Shown here piece after piece: positions 19,137-30,285 of a DNA stretch of 64,000 nt (position 1 is the stretch's first letter; every line of letters begins with the position of its first letter). The notes beneath the pieces were generated by a model. That model was not told where the DNA came from. It searched no databases and was given only the letters and a program-made list of their open reading frames with translations. Origin of the DNA: an uncultured Stakelama sp. (lineage in GTDB: Bacteria > Pseudomonadota > Alphaproteobacteria > Sphingomonadales > Sphingomonadaceae); the NCBI GenBank assembly GCA_964407945.1, contig CAYOXO010000006.1:3-64002 (forward strand). The letters run 5' to 3'. The translations under genes and the position numbers were made by a program.

Positions 19137-20033
19137 ATGGAAAGCATCGCCGAGCTGGCCGAGCTGATCGGCAAACATGTCACCACAGCTGGCATAAGCG
19201 GTACAGCCATCCCGCGGCTGTCGCTGATCCGTGCCAATCATCCGACGACCGCGACCCCGGCAGTTTACGAAGCTTCACTTTGCCTGATCGCCCAGGGATC
19301 GAAGCGGGTGTCGGTTGGCGACCACAGCCTGGTATATGATGCCGCGCGCTACCTGCTGGTGTCGGTAGACCTGCCACTGGTCGGCCATGTGCTCGAGGCC
19401 AGCCCCGAAGCGCCGTATCTTTGCTGCAAGATCGACCTCGACCTGCCCACGCTTGCCGACCTTATCCTCGCTCAAGGCAATGCCGCTGCACACCCCAACG
19501 CACCGATGCTTGCGGTCTATCCCGGCGACCCCGACTTGATCGACGCCGCCTGCCGCCTGGTGAGGCTGCTCGACCGCCCTGAGACGATCCCCGCGCTGAT
19601 GCCGCTGATCGAGCGCGAGATCCTCTATCGATTGCTCACCGGCCCGCATGGGCCCACGCTGCGTCAGATATCAGCAGCCGATAGCCATCTGGGGCAGGTC
19701 AGCCGAGCGATCGCCCGGATCCGCCGCGGCTTCCACGAACAGCTTCGTATCCCGGAAATCGCGGCAGCGGCGGGGATGAGCGCCTCCTCGTTCCACGCGC
19801 ATTTCAAGGCGGTCACGCGGATGACGCCGCTTGAGTATCAGAAGCAGCTGCGGCTGCAGGAGGCGCGACGCCTGATGCTCAGTGAAGGCGCAAGCGCCGG
19901 TTCCGCCGGCTTTGCTGTCGGCTATGAGAGCCAGTCACAGTTCAGCCGAGAGTACCGCCGCCTGTTCGGCGCCCCACCCCGGCGCGATATCGAACGCTTG
20001 CTGACGGTCGAAAACCACGCTGTCGCGCTCTAG
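19137..20033 (+). CDS. AraC-family regulator (AraC_N/YqhC-like), divergent from the SDR
   Basis: LCLIAQGSK, EILYRLL, MTPLEYQKQLRLQEARRLM, VGYESQSQFSREYRRLFG. Confidence 0.93.
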   Translation: MESIAELAELIGKHVTTAGISGTAIPRLSLIRANHPTTATPAVYEASLCLIAQGSKRVSVGDHSLVYDAARYLLVSVDLPLVGHVLEASPEAPYLCCKIDLDLPTLADLILAQGNAAAHPNAPMLAVYPGDPDLIDAACRLVRLLDRPETIPALMPLIEREILYRLLTGPHGPTLRQISAADSHLGQVSRAIARIRRGFHEQLRIPEIAAAAGMSASSFHAHFKAVTRMTPLEYQKQLRLQEARRLMLSEGASAGSAGFAVGYESQSQFSREYRRLFGAPPRRDIERLLTVENHAVAL

Positions 20034-20129
20034 TCCTGACCACAACGACATCAGTACCATCGCCGGCCTTCTCCCACGATCGGAAAGGAAATCGCGACAT
20101 CAGCCCCAACACCCGCTTCGTGCGGGTGC

Positions 20130-20891
20130 TCACCCATCGGCCAGCACAGCCTCCGTGGCGGCAATCGCCGGCGGTGAACCGACGTCGAACCAGAGGCCCT
20201 GATGCACAACGCCATAGGCGCGGCCGGCCTCGATTGCGCGCTCCCAGAACAGGTTCGTCGAGAACGGCCCGTCGGGCCAGTCGCGGATCATGCGCGGCGA
20301 GAGGATCTGAACGCCGGTGTAGACGAAGGGCGCGAGCCGCCCCGGCGCGCGGCGGCGGGTAATCTTGCCGAACGCGTCGATATGGAAATCGCCATTGCCC
20401 CGGTGGCAGTGCGCGCGTGCCAATGGGACAAGCAGCAGCAGCGCGTCCATCTTGTCGTCGTCCCACGCGGCGGCGAGCTGGCGGATCGCGTCGATCGGTC
20501 CGTCGATCCAGAGGTTGTCGCTGTTGACGCACAGGAACGGCGCGTCACCCAGCAGCGCGCGCGCCTGCACGAGCCCGCCGCCGGTCTCCATCAACTGCTT
20601 GCGCTCGTCGGACACGAGAACCTCGATATCCTTCACCCTGTGGGTGACGTGCGCCTCAAGCGCGTCGGCGAGGTAATGCACGTTGACCACCGCACGCTTC
20701 ACGCCGGCGCTGCGCAATCGGTCGAAGGCATGGTCGATCAGCGGCTTCCCCGCCACCTCGATCAACGGCTTGGGGCGGGTCGCGGTAAGCGGGCGCATCC
20801 GCTTGCCCAGACCCGCGGCCATCACCATCGCCGTTTCAGGCACCGCGGCAGCGGGTACCGGACGCAACGCAAGCGTCTTCTTTATCGTCAC
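20130..20891 (-). CDS. murU: Nucleotidyltransferase (MurU-like MurNAc-1-P uridylyltransferase)
   Basis: MVMAAGLGKRMRPLTATRPKPL, ETGGG; follows amgK with a GTGA overlap. Confidence 0.85.
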   Translation of the reverse strand: MTIKKTLALRPVPAAAVPETAMVMAAGLGKRMRPLTATRPKPLIEVAGKPLIDHAFDRLRSAGVKRAVVNVHYLADALEAHVTHRVKDIEVLVSDERKQLMETGGGLVQARALLGDAPFLCVNSDNLWIDGPIDAIRQLAAAWDDDKMDALLLLVPLARAHCHRGNGDFHIDAFGKITRRRAPGRLAPFVYTGVQILSPRMIRDWPDGPFSTNLFWERAIEAGRAYGVVHQGLWFDVGSPPAIAATEAVLADG

Positions 20892-21871
20892 GCAATCACC
20901 GTCATCGGATCGCCACGCAGATGCGCGGGAATATTGGCATCGAACCAGGCCGCGACGGGCGCCAGCGCAGGATGTTTGAGGTCGCGTTCCAGATAGCCCC
21001 AGACACGCGGGCACAGGCCGGGGTAGCGCGGCTTGCCGTCGCGCTTCCACAGCCGGGTGAAAATGCCGATGATCTTCGCGTTCCGCTGTGCGCCCAGCAC
21101 ATGATAGGCGTCGAAGAAACCCTCGTCCGCGCCGGTGATCCGGCGATAGCGGTCGAGCAACGCCGCTTCCAGGTTCGGGTGCACGTCGCGCCGTGCGTCC
21201 TGCAGCAAAGAGACGAGATCATAGGCGGGATGGCCCGCCAGCGCGTCCTGGAAATCGAGCAGGCCGAACGTCTCGCTCCCCTCGATCAACATCAGGTTCT
21301 CGGCATGATAATCGCGCAGCACCGTCACCGGCGTCCCGTCAAGCACGGGTGCGAGCACTGCGTCCCAAGCCGCGACATAGCCGTCGATATCGACGTCCAG
21401 CCCCACCGCTGGGCAGTACCACTCGGTCAGCAGCGCCGCCTCGCGTTGATAGACGTCGCGGTCATACGGCCCGACGACCTCCGCCGCTCCATGCTCGCGC
21501 AGGCGCACCAGCACGTCGATCGCGGCTTCATAGAGGCGCAATTCGCTCTCGGGCGCGGCATCGACCGTCTCGCGCAACCGCGCGTCACCGAAATCCTCGA
21601 TCAGCACAAGGCCCGTGTTCAGATCCTCGCCATAGATTCGCGGCGCGGCGAACCCGCGCCCCACCAGCCAGCGTGCGATATCGATGAACGGCCGCGGGTC
21701 TTCCTGCGGCGGCGGGGCGTCCATCAGGATAGCAGTCCGCCCCGGCGCCTGGACGCGGAAATAGCGACGGAACGAGGCGTCACCGGCCAGCGGCAGGATC
21801 TCGCCATCCCCCCAGCCCAGCTCGTTCAGAAAATAGGGCGCCCGTGCGGGCGGATTCATGTCTGGAACCAT
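20888..21871 (-). CDS. amgK: APH-family kinase (AmgK-like anomeric MurNAc/GlcNAc kinase)
   Basis: LAGDASFRRYFR, LRDYHAENL, LLDFQDAL; tsaE-amgK-murU order. Confidence 0.85.
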   Translation of the reverse strand: MVPDMNPPARAPYFLNELGWGDGEILPLAGDASFRRYFRVQAPGRTAILMDAPPPQEDPRPFIDIARWLVGRGFAAPRIYGEDLNTGLVLIEDFGDARLRETVDAAPESELRLYEAAIDVLVRLREHGAAEVVGPYDRDVYQREAALLTEWYCPAVGLDVDIDGYVAAWDAVLAPVLDGTPVTVLRDYHAENLMLIEGSETFGLLDFQDALAGHPAYDLVSLLQDARRDVHPNLEAALLDRYRRITGADEGFFDAYHVLGAQRNAKIIGIFTRLWKRDGKPRYPGLCPRVWGYLERDLKHPALAPVAAWFDANIPAHLRGDPMTVIA

Positions 21872-22302
21872 CGGTCCCTCCATGCCGCCGGGACCTGCGC
21901 TGTCAAGCTGCGCGCGCCATCCGGCTCGATCGTCAGGGTGAGCCACAGCGCATCGCTCCATGCCGATGCCGGCAATCGCTCCGGCCATTCGACGATCAGC
22001 AGCGAATCATAGCGCGCATCGTCCAGCCCCAATTCCTCCGTCTCACCCGGATCGTCGATGCGATACAGATCGACATGCAGCACCGGGAAGCGCACCTCGG
22101 GCGGCGCATAGGGCTGGACGATCGCGAAGCTCGGCGACGGTGCCTCCCCTTCCAGCCCGAGCGCCGCGAGCAGTCCGCGCGCGATGCTGGTCTTGCCCGC
22201 GCCCAGCGTCCCGGACAGCGCGATCACGTCACCCGGCCGCGCCAGCGCCGCCAGTCGCGCTCCCAGCGTCTCGCTCGCCGCCGCGTCCGCCAGCCGGATC
22301 AT
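21856..22302 (-). CDS. tsaE: tRNA t6A biosynthesis ATPase
   Basis: GTLGAGKT, SPSFAIVQPY, HVDLYRI, IVEWPE. Confidence 0.95.
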   Translation of the reverse strand: MIRLADAAASETLGARLAALARPGDVIALSGTLGAGKTSIARGLLAALGLEGEAPSPSFAIVQPYAPPEVRFPVLHVDLYRIDDPGETEELGLDDARYDSLLIVEWPERLPASAWSDALWLTLTIEPDGARSLTAQVPAAWRDRWFQT

Positions 22303-24641
22303 CCGCGCGGCAGCTCGACGATCACCATCGTCCCCTGCCCCGGCTCGGAGACCAGTTCGATCGTGCCGCCATGCGCCTCGACGAACTGCTTGGCGAGCGG
22401 CAGGCCCAGCCCCAGCGCGCGGTCGCCGCTGCGGCTGATCCCCGGCTGAGCGAAGCGCTCGAACGCCTTGTCCGCCAGCTTCTTGGCCATGCCCGGACCA
22501 TTGTCCGAAACGACGATCCGCGCCCCCTTGGGCGTGCCGTCGATGTGCAGCAGCACCCGACCCTTGTCTGGCGTATTGGCGATCGCGTTGCGCAGGAGGT
22601 GTTCGATCGTCTGGCGGATGCGTCGCGCATCGCCCAGCGTGGTCCCGGCACTGCCCTGCACCTCGACCGCAAGCTCGATGCGCTTGGCCTGCGCCGCGGG
22701 AGCAACCGCCTCGGCCGCCGCGCCCGCGGTCAGCTCCAGATCGACCGTTCCCCGCGCGATCCCGTCATCCTCGCGAGTCAGGTCGAGGACATCGTCGACC
22801 AGCGCCCCCAGCCGCTCGACCGAAGACAGGATCGCCTCGGTATACTCGTTCCCGCTCTGCGACAGATCGCCGGCATAGCCGCCATGCAGCATCTCTGCGA
22901 ACCCCTGGATCGAGGTGAGCGGCGTACGCAGCTCATAGCTCATATTGGCGACGAAGGCGGTCTTGACGCGATCCGCCGTCTGCAGCGCATCATTGCGTTC
23001 GCGCAATGCGTTCTCGACCCGGCGCCGATCGGAAACGTCGAGCATCGTGAACAGCGCATTGCCGTCAGGCAGCGGCACTGCTGCGACCTCGAAGAAGCGG
23101 CCGTCCTTGAATTCGATCGTCGCACCGCGTTGCTGCCGCTCGATGGTCGCCGCGCGGATCAGCTCGCCCATCAGCACCGCGCGGCCCGGATTGGCGAGCA
23201 GACTGCCCGCCTGCTTCGCCAGCGCATCGACGCGCGGGTGGCTGGCGACATATGCCTCGTCGAACCCCCAGAGCTGACGGAAGCGATTGTTCCACAGCTG
23301 CAGCCGCCCGTCGGCAGTAAACACGCCCAACGCTTCGAACAGATTGTCAAAGGTCGCGGTGCGCACGCGTAGCAGCGTATCGCGGGCACTGGCGAGCTGA
23401 ACCTGTTCGGTCAGATCCTCGAAAACGACCAGCAACCCACCCTCGGGAAGCGGCTGGGCGACGACGCGAAGATGGTTGCCGCCCGCCAGCGCCCAATTCT
23501 CCTCGCGCGCCGCATCGGCGCGGAACCAGTCGCGCCGCTCGGCCTTCCAGCCTGGGAAATCGCGCACCACGGGCAGCCGGTTTGCCTCACGCATGCGTTC
23601 CAGCACACGTTCGAACTCGGGCTTGTCGGCCAGCCATTCTGTGCGCATCGCGAACATGCGGCGGAACGGCTGGTTGCAGAAGACCAGGCTGCGATCGGCA
23701 GCGAATTGCGCGACCCCTGCAGAGAGCCGGTCGAACGTCTCGCGCTGGGCGTCGTCGGCGCGCTTGATCCCAGCGCGTGCACGCTCCAGCTCCTCGACAT
23801 CGACGGCGAATCCCGCCACGCCGCCGGTAGGCAAGGGTACATCGTGGATGTGCAGCATCCGCCGCGCGCCCGCGATCGTCGCGGGCAGCTTTACCATCCT
23901 CGGCCGCCCTGCCTCGCGCGCCTTGGCCGGACTGGCGAGCGGTCCGCCCGGCGCAGAGGCATCGACCAGTTCGATCCCGGCCTTGACCACGGTTTCGGCA
24001 TCCTTGCCGTTGACCGCGGTCACATAAGCGCTGTTAACCATCGCCAGCCGCAGATCGCGATCCCGATACCACATCGGCATCGGCGCCGACTGGATCAGGC
24101 CAGTCAGCGACTCGAATGCTTCGCGATAGCGCCCCGCCTGGTCCGAGAGTCGCGCCACCTCTTCCTGCGCTTCGGTGGCGTCGAACACCCACAACACCAC
24201 TCCGCCCGGCGCACGCACTGCATCGGGCGCACGCTGGCCGATCATCAGCAAGGTGCGGGACGAGCCGCGCGCGCGCACCGTCGCACGGAACGGACGGGCC
24301 GCGCGTTGCGCCGCGGCGATATCCTGTTCCAACGCGGCCGCCTCGGCCGGCGCAAACACCGCTTCATTCCCGGTGATTTCCGACAGATGCGTGGGCACCG
24401 TCTCCAGACCCAGCAGGTCGGCCAGCTTGTCGCTCAGCTCGACGCGGCCATCAGCACGCACGATCATCGCCTGCGCCGGCGCGCTCGCGGTGAGCGCATC
24501 GGCGCGCCGGTGGGCGTCGAGCAAGGTCACGGCGCGGGCGCGGGCGCGCAGCCCGAAGAACAGCATCGCACAGCCCAGCACCACGAGCAGCGCGACGACG
24601 GCGCCGGCAGTCACCGCCGCAGCATTGGAAACCTCGATCAC
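22299..24641 (-). CDS. divL: PAS-domain atypical histidine kinase, DivL-like
   Basis: N-terminal TM, multiple PAS-like repeats, H-box FVANMSYELRTPL with Tyr in place of His, HATPase VSDNGPG/GLGLPL. Confidence 0.8.
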   Translation of the reverse strand: MIEVSNAAAVTAGAVVALLVVLGCAMLFFGLRARARAVTLLDAHRRADALTASAPAQAMIVRADGRVELSDKLADLLGLETVPTHLSEITGNEAVFAPAEAAALEQDIAAAQRAARPFRATVRARGSSRTLLMIGQRAPDAVRAPGGVVLWVFDATEAQEEVARLSDQAGRYREAFESLTGLIQSAPMPMWYRDRDLRLAMVNSAYVTAVNGKDAETVVKAGIELVDASAPGGPLASPAKAREAGRPRMVKLPATIAGARRMLHIHDVPLPTGGVAGFAVDVEELERARAGIKRADDAQRETFDRLSAGVAQFAADRSLVFCNQPFRRMFAMRTEWLADKPEFERVLERMREANRLPVVRDFPGWKAERRDWFRADAAREENWALAGGNHLRVVAQPLPEGGLLVVFEDLTEQVQLASARDTLLRVRTATFDNLFEALGVFTADGRLQLWNNRFRQLWGFDEAYVASHPRVDALAKQAGSLLANPGRAVLMGELIRAATIERQQRGATIEFKDGRFFEVAAVPLPDGNALFTMLDVSDRRRVENALRERNDALQTADRVKTAFVANMSYELRTPLTSIQGFAEMLHGGYAGDLSQSGNEYTEAILSSVERLGALVDDVLDLTREDDGIARGTVDLELTAGAAAEAVAPAAQAKRIELAVEVQGSAGTTLGDARRIRQTIEHLLRNAIANTPDKGRVLLHIDGTPKGARIVVSDNGPGMAKKLADKAFERFAQPGISRSGDRALGLGLPLAKQFVEAHGGTIELVSEPGQGTMVIVELPRG

Positions 24642-24740
24642 CGCGTCGCGCCGTTCTGCATATTACGGCTCTTAGGACATGCTTTGGCGCCCGCAAACCC
24701 GGACTGCTCAACTGAACGGCACAAGCGCCGGACCGACACG

Positions 24741-24771
24741 AAAAAGGGGCCGGAACTTGCGCTCCGGCCCC
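24741..24771 (-). terminator. Rho-independent terminator of the frameshifted TBDR
   Basis: GGGGCCGGA...TCCGGCCCC followed by TTTTT on the minus strand. Confidence 0.75.
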
Positions 24772-24794
24772 CGATTTTCAGGATCGGTCAGACC

Positions 24795-27700
24795 TCAGAA
24801 GATCTTGGCCTTGATACCCATGAAGAAGGAACGGCCAACAGCGCTGACCGGATACGCAACCGCGCCGATATCGGGCTTGGTGTCGAACAGGTTGTTCACG
24901 CCGGCATAGATGTCGAACTTCTCGTCGACATTGTAGCTGGCGAACAGCTCATGCTCCCAGCGCTCCTTGAACCAGAAGTAACCGGGCTCGATATAGTCGG
25001 GGTTCGCTGCCTCCTGGTCGCGCGTCACCCGGCGGGTCTTGGCCCACCAGTTGATGCCGTAGTTGAGCGAGAGCCCCCCCTTCTTCCAGCCAAGGTCGAA
25101 CGTCGCGCTGTATTTCGGCGCCAGCGGCGTGCTGGCAGTGCGCACATAGCCCGGTTCGTCCATCTGGTCCTCCGTTTCAGCGCCCAGTGCGGGAACGAAC
25201 CGGAGCTTGTTCAGATAGTTGCCCGAGAAGCGGATGTTGAACGTCCCGGCGTTGTCGAACGGCTCGAACCGGTAGTTCAGCGTTACGTCCAGACCTGCGG
25301 TTTCATAGGAAGCCACATTCTGCGGCATGATCGTGTAGTCGGAGATGAACCCGGTCGAGCCGCTGCGCGCGAGCGACTGGCAGTAGACGTTGCTGAGCGT
25401 CGGCTGATCATAGCACAGATCGACGATGTCCTGCGCTTCCGAATAGTTGATCGCCTGGGTCAGACGGATGTCGTACCAGTCGGCGGTGATCGACAGGCCG
25501 GGCACAAAGGTCGGCCGCAAGACGATGCCCGCGGTCCAGGTCTTGGCCGTTTCTTCGCGCAGGTTGGGGTTGCCCCCGCTCACGCCCGCCAGGCTGCTGT
25601 TCTGCGGTGAGAACGGGCTGTTCGCCGGGTTGAACGTCGCAGGGTTGATACCCAGCGCCGTCAGCGCGCTCGTGCAATTGGCCGCGCGATACTGCGTCCC
25701 CTCCGCCAGGCGGTCGATCCCGCACGGGTCGGTGATGAACTGGAACGTACCGCTCTGCTGCGCATACAATTCGCTGATATTCGGCGCACGGACCGCCTGC
25801 GAATAGGTGCCGCGGAAGGTGATGTCGCGGATCGGCGAGTAGCTGCCGTTGACATTCCACGTCGTCGTGCTGCCAATCGACGAATAATCCGAATACCGGA
25901 TTGCTGCGCCGATCGAGAGGTTCTGCGCGAACGGCATATTGGCCAGGATCGGCAGGTTGATCTCGCCGAACACTTCCTTGACGTCGAACTCGCCGTTGTC
26001 GATCGATGCCTGCGAATCGTCGATCAGCAGACCGGCCTGCGATTCAGCAGACGGAACGAACCGGCTCTTTTCCTTGCGATATTCGGCGCCGACCGCGAAG
26101 CCGGGCGCTCCGCCCGGCAGCTTGAAGAACGCACCGGTATCGCCCGACAGCACCGCCGAAACGACATGCTGGCTGATACGGGACCAGCTGGTGTGATCGA
26201 CGGTGACGAAGTCCAGCGCCGCCTGCGACGGCGTGCCGTTGCCCAGGACGTTCAGTGGCACGCACTGCCCCGCCTGGAAGCTCTTCGGCGCGCCCGTATA
26301 GACGACCGGGTTACCCAGACTCTCGCCGTTGATCGACGTCTGGCCCGGCAGGTTGATCCGGCAGGTCACACCGCCGCGGCCGTCCGAAACCGCATCGAGC
26401 GCGGCATAATAGCGGTCGGCAATGCGATCGTTCCGGTTGGTACCGCGCTGGGTCGACTGACCGAACACATAGGACACGTCGTACTTGAGGTGCGACCCAA
26501 GATCGCCCTTCGCGCCGACGACGGTGCGCCACAGTTCGCGCTCCATCTCATACTGGCGGATGCCGAAGTCGAAATTGTCGCGGCTAAGCCAGGCATCGCC
26601 GGTAACCGCCGCACCAAAGCGCTGATTGAGAAAGTAATTGTCCGCGAACAGCGTCGTGTACAGGTCATAGCTCGGCTGAGCCTGGGTGACCGCCTTCGAC
26701 CGGACATATTTGGCCTCGGCATAGAGTTCGAACGCCGGGCTGAATTCGTAACGACCAAACACCTGTGCGATGTGCCGGCGGCTATACGGCGTGAAGTCGC
26801 CATAATAGATTTCACGCGGGGTGCTCGATCCGCCGATCGTGAATGCGGTGCCGGGAACATAGGTGCCCGGATCATAGACCCCGCCCTCGCCGGTGAAGTC
26901 GGGCACATAATCCTGCCCGAAATCGATCGCGCCGCCCATCGCGCTGTCCGCCCAGCGCAGGCCGGTCAGCAGCACGCGGTCGGGAACATTGGGGTTGTCA
27001 GTGGGGCTGCCCGGAGCGCCGTCGGCCGGATTGCGCGCAAAGGTATAGCTCGGTCCGGTCCGCCCGTAGTTCAGCCGCTTGAGCTGGCTGAACCGGTCGG
27101 TTTCCTGGAATTCGTAGGTGGCGGTGATGTTGCCGCGTCCCTCAGCGAAGTTCTTGCCGGCGGTGACCCCGACAAAGCGCGAGCCCGCATCGCCGCGCTG
27201 CGAGATACCGTTCTGTGCGCGAAGGCGCAGCCCTTCGAAATCGTGCTTCATGATGAAGTTGACCACACCGCTCACGCCGTCCGCGCCATAGATCGCCGAA
27301 GCGCCGCCGGTCAGCACCTCCACGCTCTGAACGAGGTCGGCCGGAATGGTGTTGATATCGACTGCGGCGATACCGGGGTAACCCGCGACATGCCGGCGCC
27401 CATCGACCAGCACCAGCGTACGGCTGGTGCCCAGGTTACGCAGGTTGAGGAAGTTCACGCCGACATTCTGCGCGCCGCCGTTCAGGTTGAACCCGCCACC
27501 TGGATATTGTTCTGCGAACCCAGCAGTGCCGGGTTGTCGACGAGGAAGTCGGTAAGGTTCGTCTTGCCGGACTGCTCGATCGCCTCGGACGAGATGACCT
27601 GAACCGGGTTCGGCAGCGAAAGCTCGGGACGCGCGATGCGCGAGCCGGTGATGACGACGGTTTCGCTGGAGTCCGCTTCAGCGGCCGAGTCCTGCGGCGC

Positions 27701-27796
27701 GTCCTGTGCAAATGCCGGCGCCGCGCCGGCCAATGCGATCGCGGTGAACGAAGCGGCGAGACGATAGCCAGCCTTACGGGAATGGAGCGAACTCAT
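24795..27796 (-). pseudogene. TonB-dependent receptor split by a 1-nt frameshift near 27488-27490
   Basis: The 27482-27796 ORF carries signal peptide, VVITGSRI and the plug start, then stops at GST*. The adjacent frame continues NLNGGAQNVGVNFLNLRNLG...RTLVLVDGRR to a C-terminal Phe at 24795. Confidence 0.85.
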
Positions 27797-27942
27797 ACCT
27801 GATCCCTTTTATATTTGCCCTCAATGGCCTTTGGATGCGCCCAACCGGTTGCATCGCGCAACCCTGTGTTACCGTTTTCGGACAGAGTGTTGCGTTGGCA
27901 CCACATGTGGAGCGCGCGCCTCCCAACTCGTGAATAGCGGGC

Positions 27943-27983
27943 ATGAAAAAGGGCGCGTCCGCTGACGGACGCGCCCTCTTCAT
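27943..27983 (-). terminator. Terminator of ahcY
   Basis: AGGGCGCGTCCG...CGGACGCGCCCT stem with a T tract on the minus strand. Confidence 0.75.
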
Positions 27984-28017
27984 TTCGACAGTCGCCCTTG
28001 GTCGACTGCGACGAACC

Positions 28018-29433
<1,416 letters not shown>

Positions 29434-29526
29434 GCTGGTTCTCCGGTGATGAATCATCCTGGCGCCGGGAATCCCGGCGGCATCGCCGCGCCCCTAGCGA
29501 ATTCGCTGCGCCAGCGCAAATGAAAC

Positions 29527-29542
29527 ATAAAGATATCTTTAT
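29527..29542. promoter_or_regulatory. Perfect 16-bp palindrome upstream of ahcY (SahR-like operator)
   Basis: ATAAAGATATCTTTAT, AT-rich in a GC-rich context, ~95 bp before the ahcY start. Confidence 0.7.
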
Positions 29543-29577
29543 ATGCCATCCGCACCGAGCGCCGCGACGTTCGCATT

Positions 29578-30195
29578 TCACGCCGGAACGCGCGTGAAAT
29601 CCATATGCCAGTTGGTCTCCCAGCTCTTGCCGCCGTCGGTGGAGAAGGCCTGCTCCCAATGCGCCGAGGTCGCGGTGATTGCGGACCAGCGGAACCTTGC
29701 CGTCACTGGAGTGCCCTCATGCGAGTCCGCGCCTATGAAGGTGCCGACACCATTGCGGAATTCGCCCCAGACCGCTGGCTCCATCCGCGCATAGCGGGAG
29801 TCGATCCACCAGATCCCCCACTTCCGCGTTTCCGGGTTGAAACAGCGCACGCTGACCCCGTGATAGTCGCCGGCGGGAAGCTTGATCACATTGTCGTCGA
29901 CATTCGCCGCGCCGCCCATCAGCGGCCAGTTGATGCAGGTGCCGTCGAATTCCTGCCACTCGGCGCTGCCGGTCAGCCGCGACTTGAGGCGGCGGTGGCG
30001 GACCTTCCAGTTTCCCGCGAGCCAGGCCCAGTCCGATGTGGGCCCGCATCTTGGCGTGGTGCGCGTCGGCGCACAGGGGAGCTTCGTGACCGCCGCATCG
30101 GCGCGTAACCCCTGACCGAGCAAGCCCCCGGCTGCGGCGAGACCCAGTGCGTGGACGAGTGCGCCACGGCGCGTTTCCAGATGAGGAGTATTCAT
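29578..30195 (-). CDS. DUF1579-like protein with putative Tat signal
   Basis: TRRGALVHALGLAAAGG twin-arginine leader; WLAGNWKVRHRRLK and WEQAFSTDGGKSWETNWHMDF motifs. Confidence 0.75.
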   Translation of the reverse strand: MNTPHLETRRGALVHALGLAAAGGLLGQGLRADAAVTKLPCAPTRTTPRCGPTSDWAWLAGNWKVRHRRLKSRLTGSAEWQEFDGTCINWPLMGGAANVDDNVIKLPAGDYHGVSVRCFNPETRKWGIWWIDSRYARMEPAVWGEFRNGVGTFIGADSHEGTPVTARFRWSAITATSAHWEQAFSTDGGKSWETNWHMDFTRVPA

Positions 30196-30245
30196 GTCGG
30201 CGATCTCCGGTTGATTGCGAGTGACCGGCGATTGCGCCACTAAAA

Positions 30246-30262
30246 CTGACACCTTTTGTCAG
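30246..30262. promoter_or_regulatory. Inverted-repeat operator between the divergent DUF1579-like and WYL genes
   Basis: CTGACA-N5-TGTCAG. Confidence 0.7.
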
Positions 30263-30285
30263 GTTTAATCTGCTACGAAGTCAAA

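Noticed and set aside
23472..25610. 712-aa ORF and similar long antisense ORFs (2147-3964, 7078-8856, 27943-29523, 60126-61682)
   Set aside because: They lie opposite well-supported genes and have no domain motifs.
29434..29525. SAH or SAM riboswitch upstream of ahcY
   Set aside because: No recognisable consensus by eye; the palindromic operator explains regulation better. An Rfam scan would settle it.
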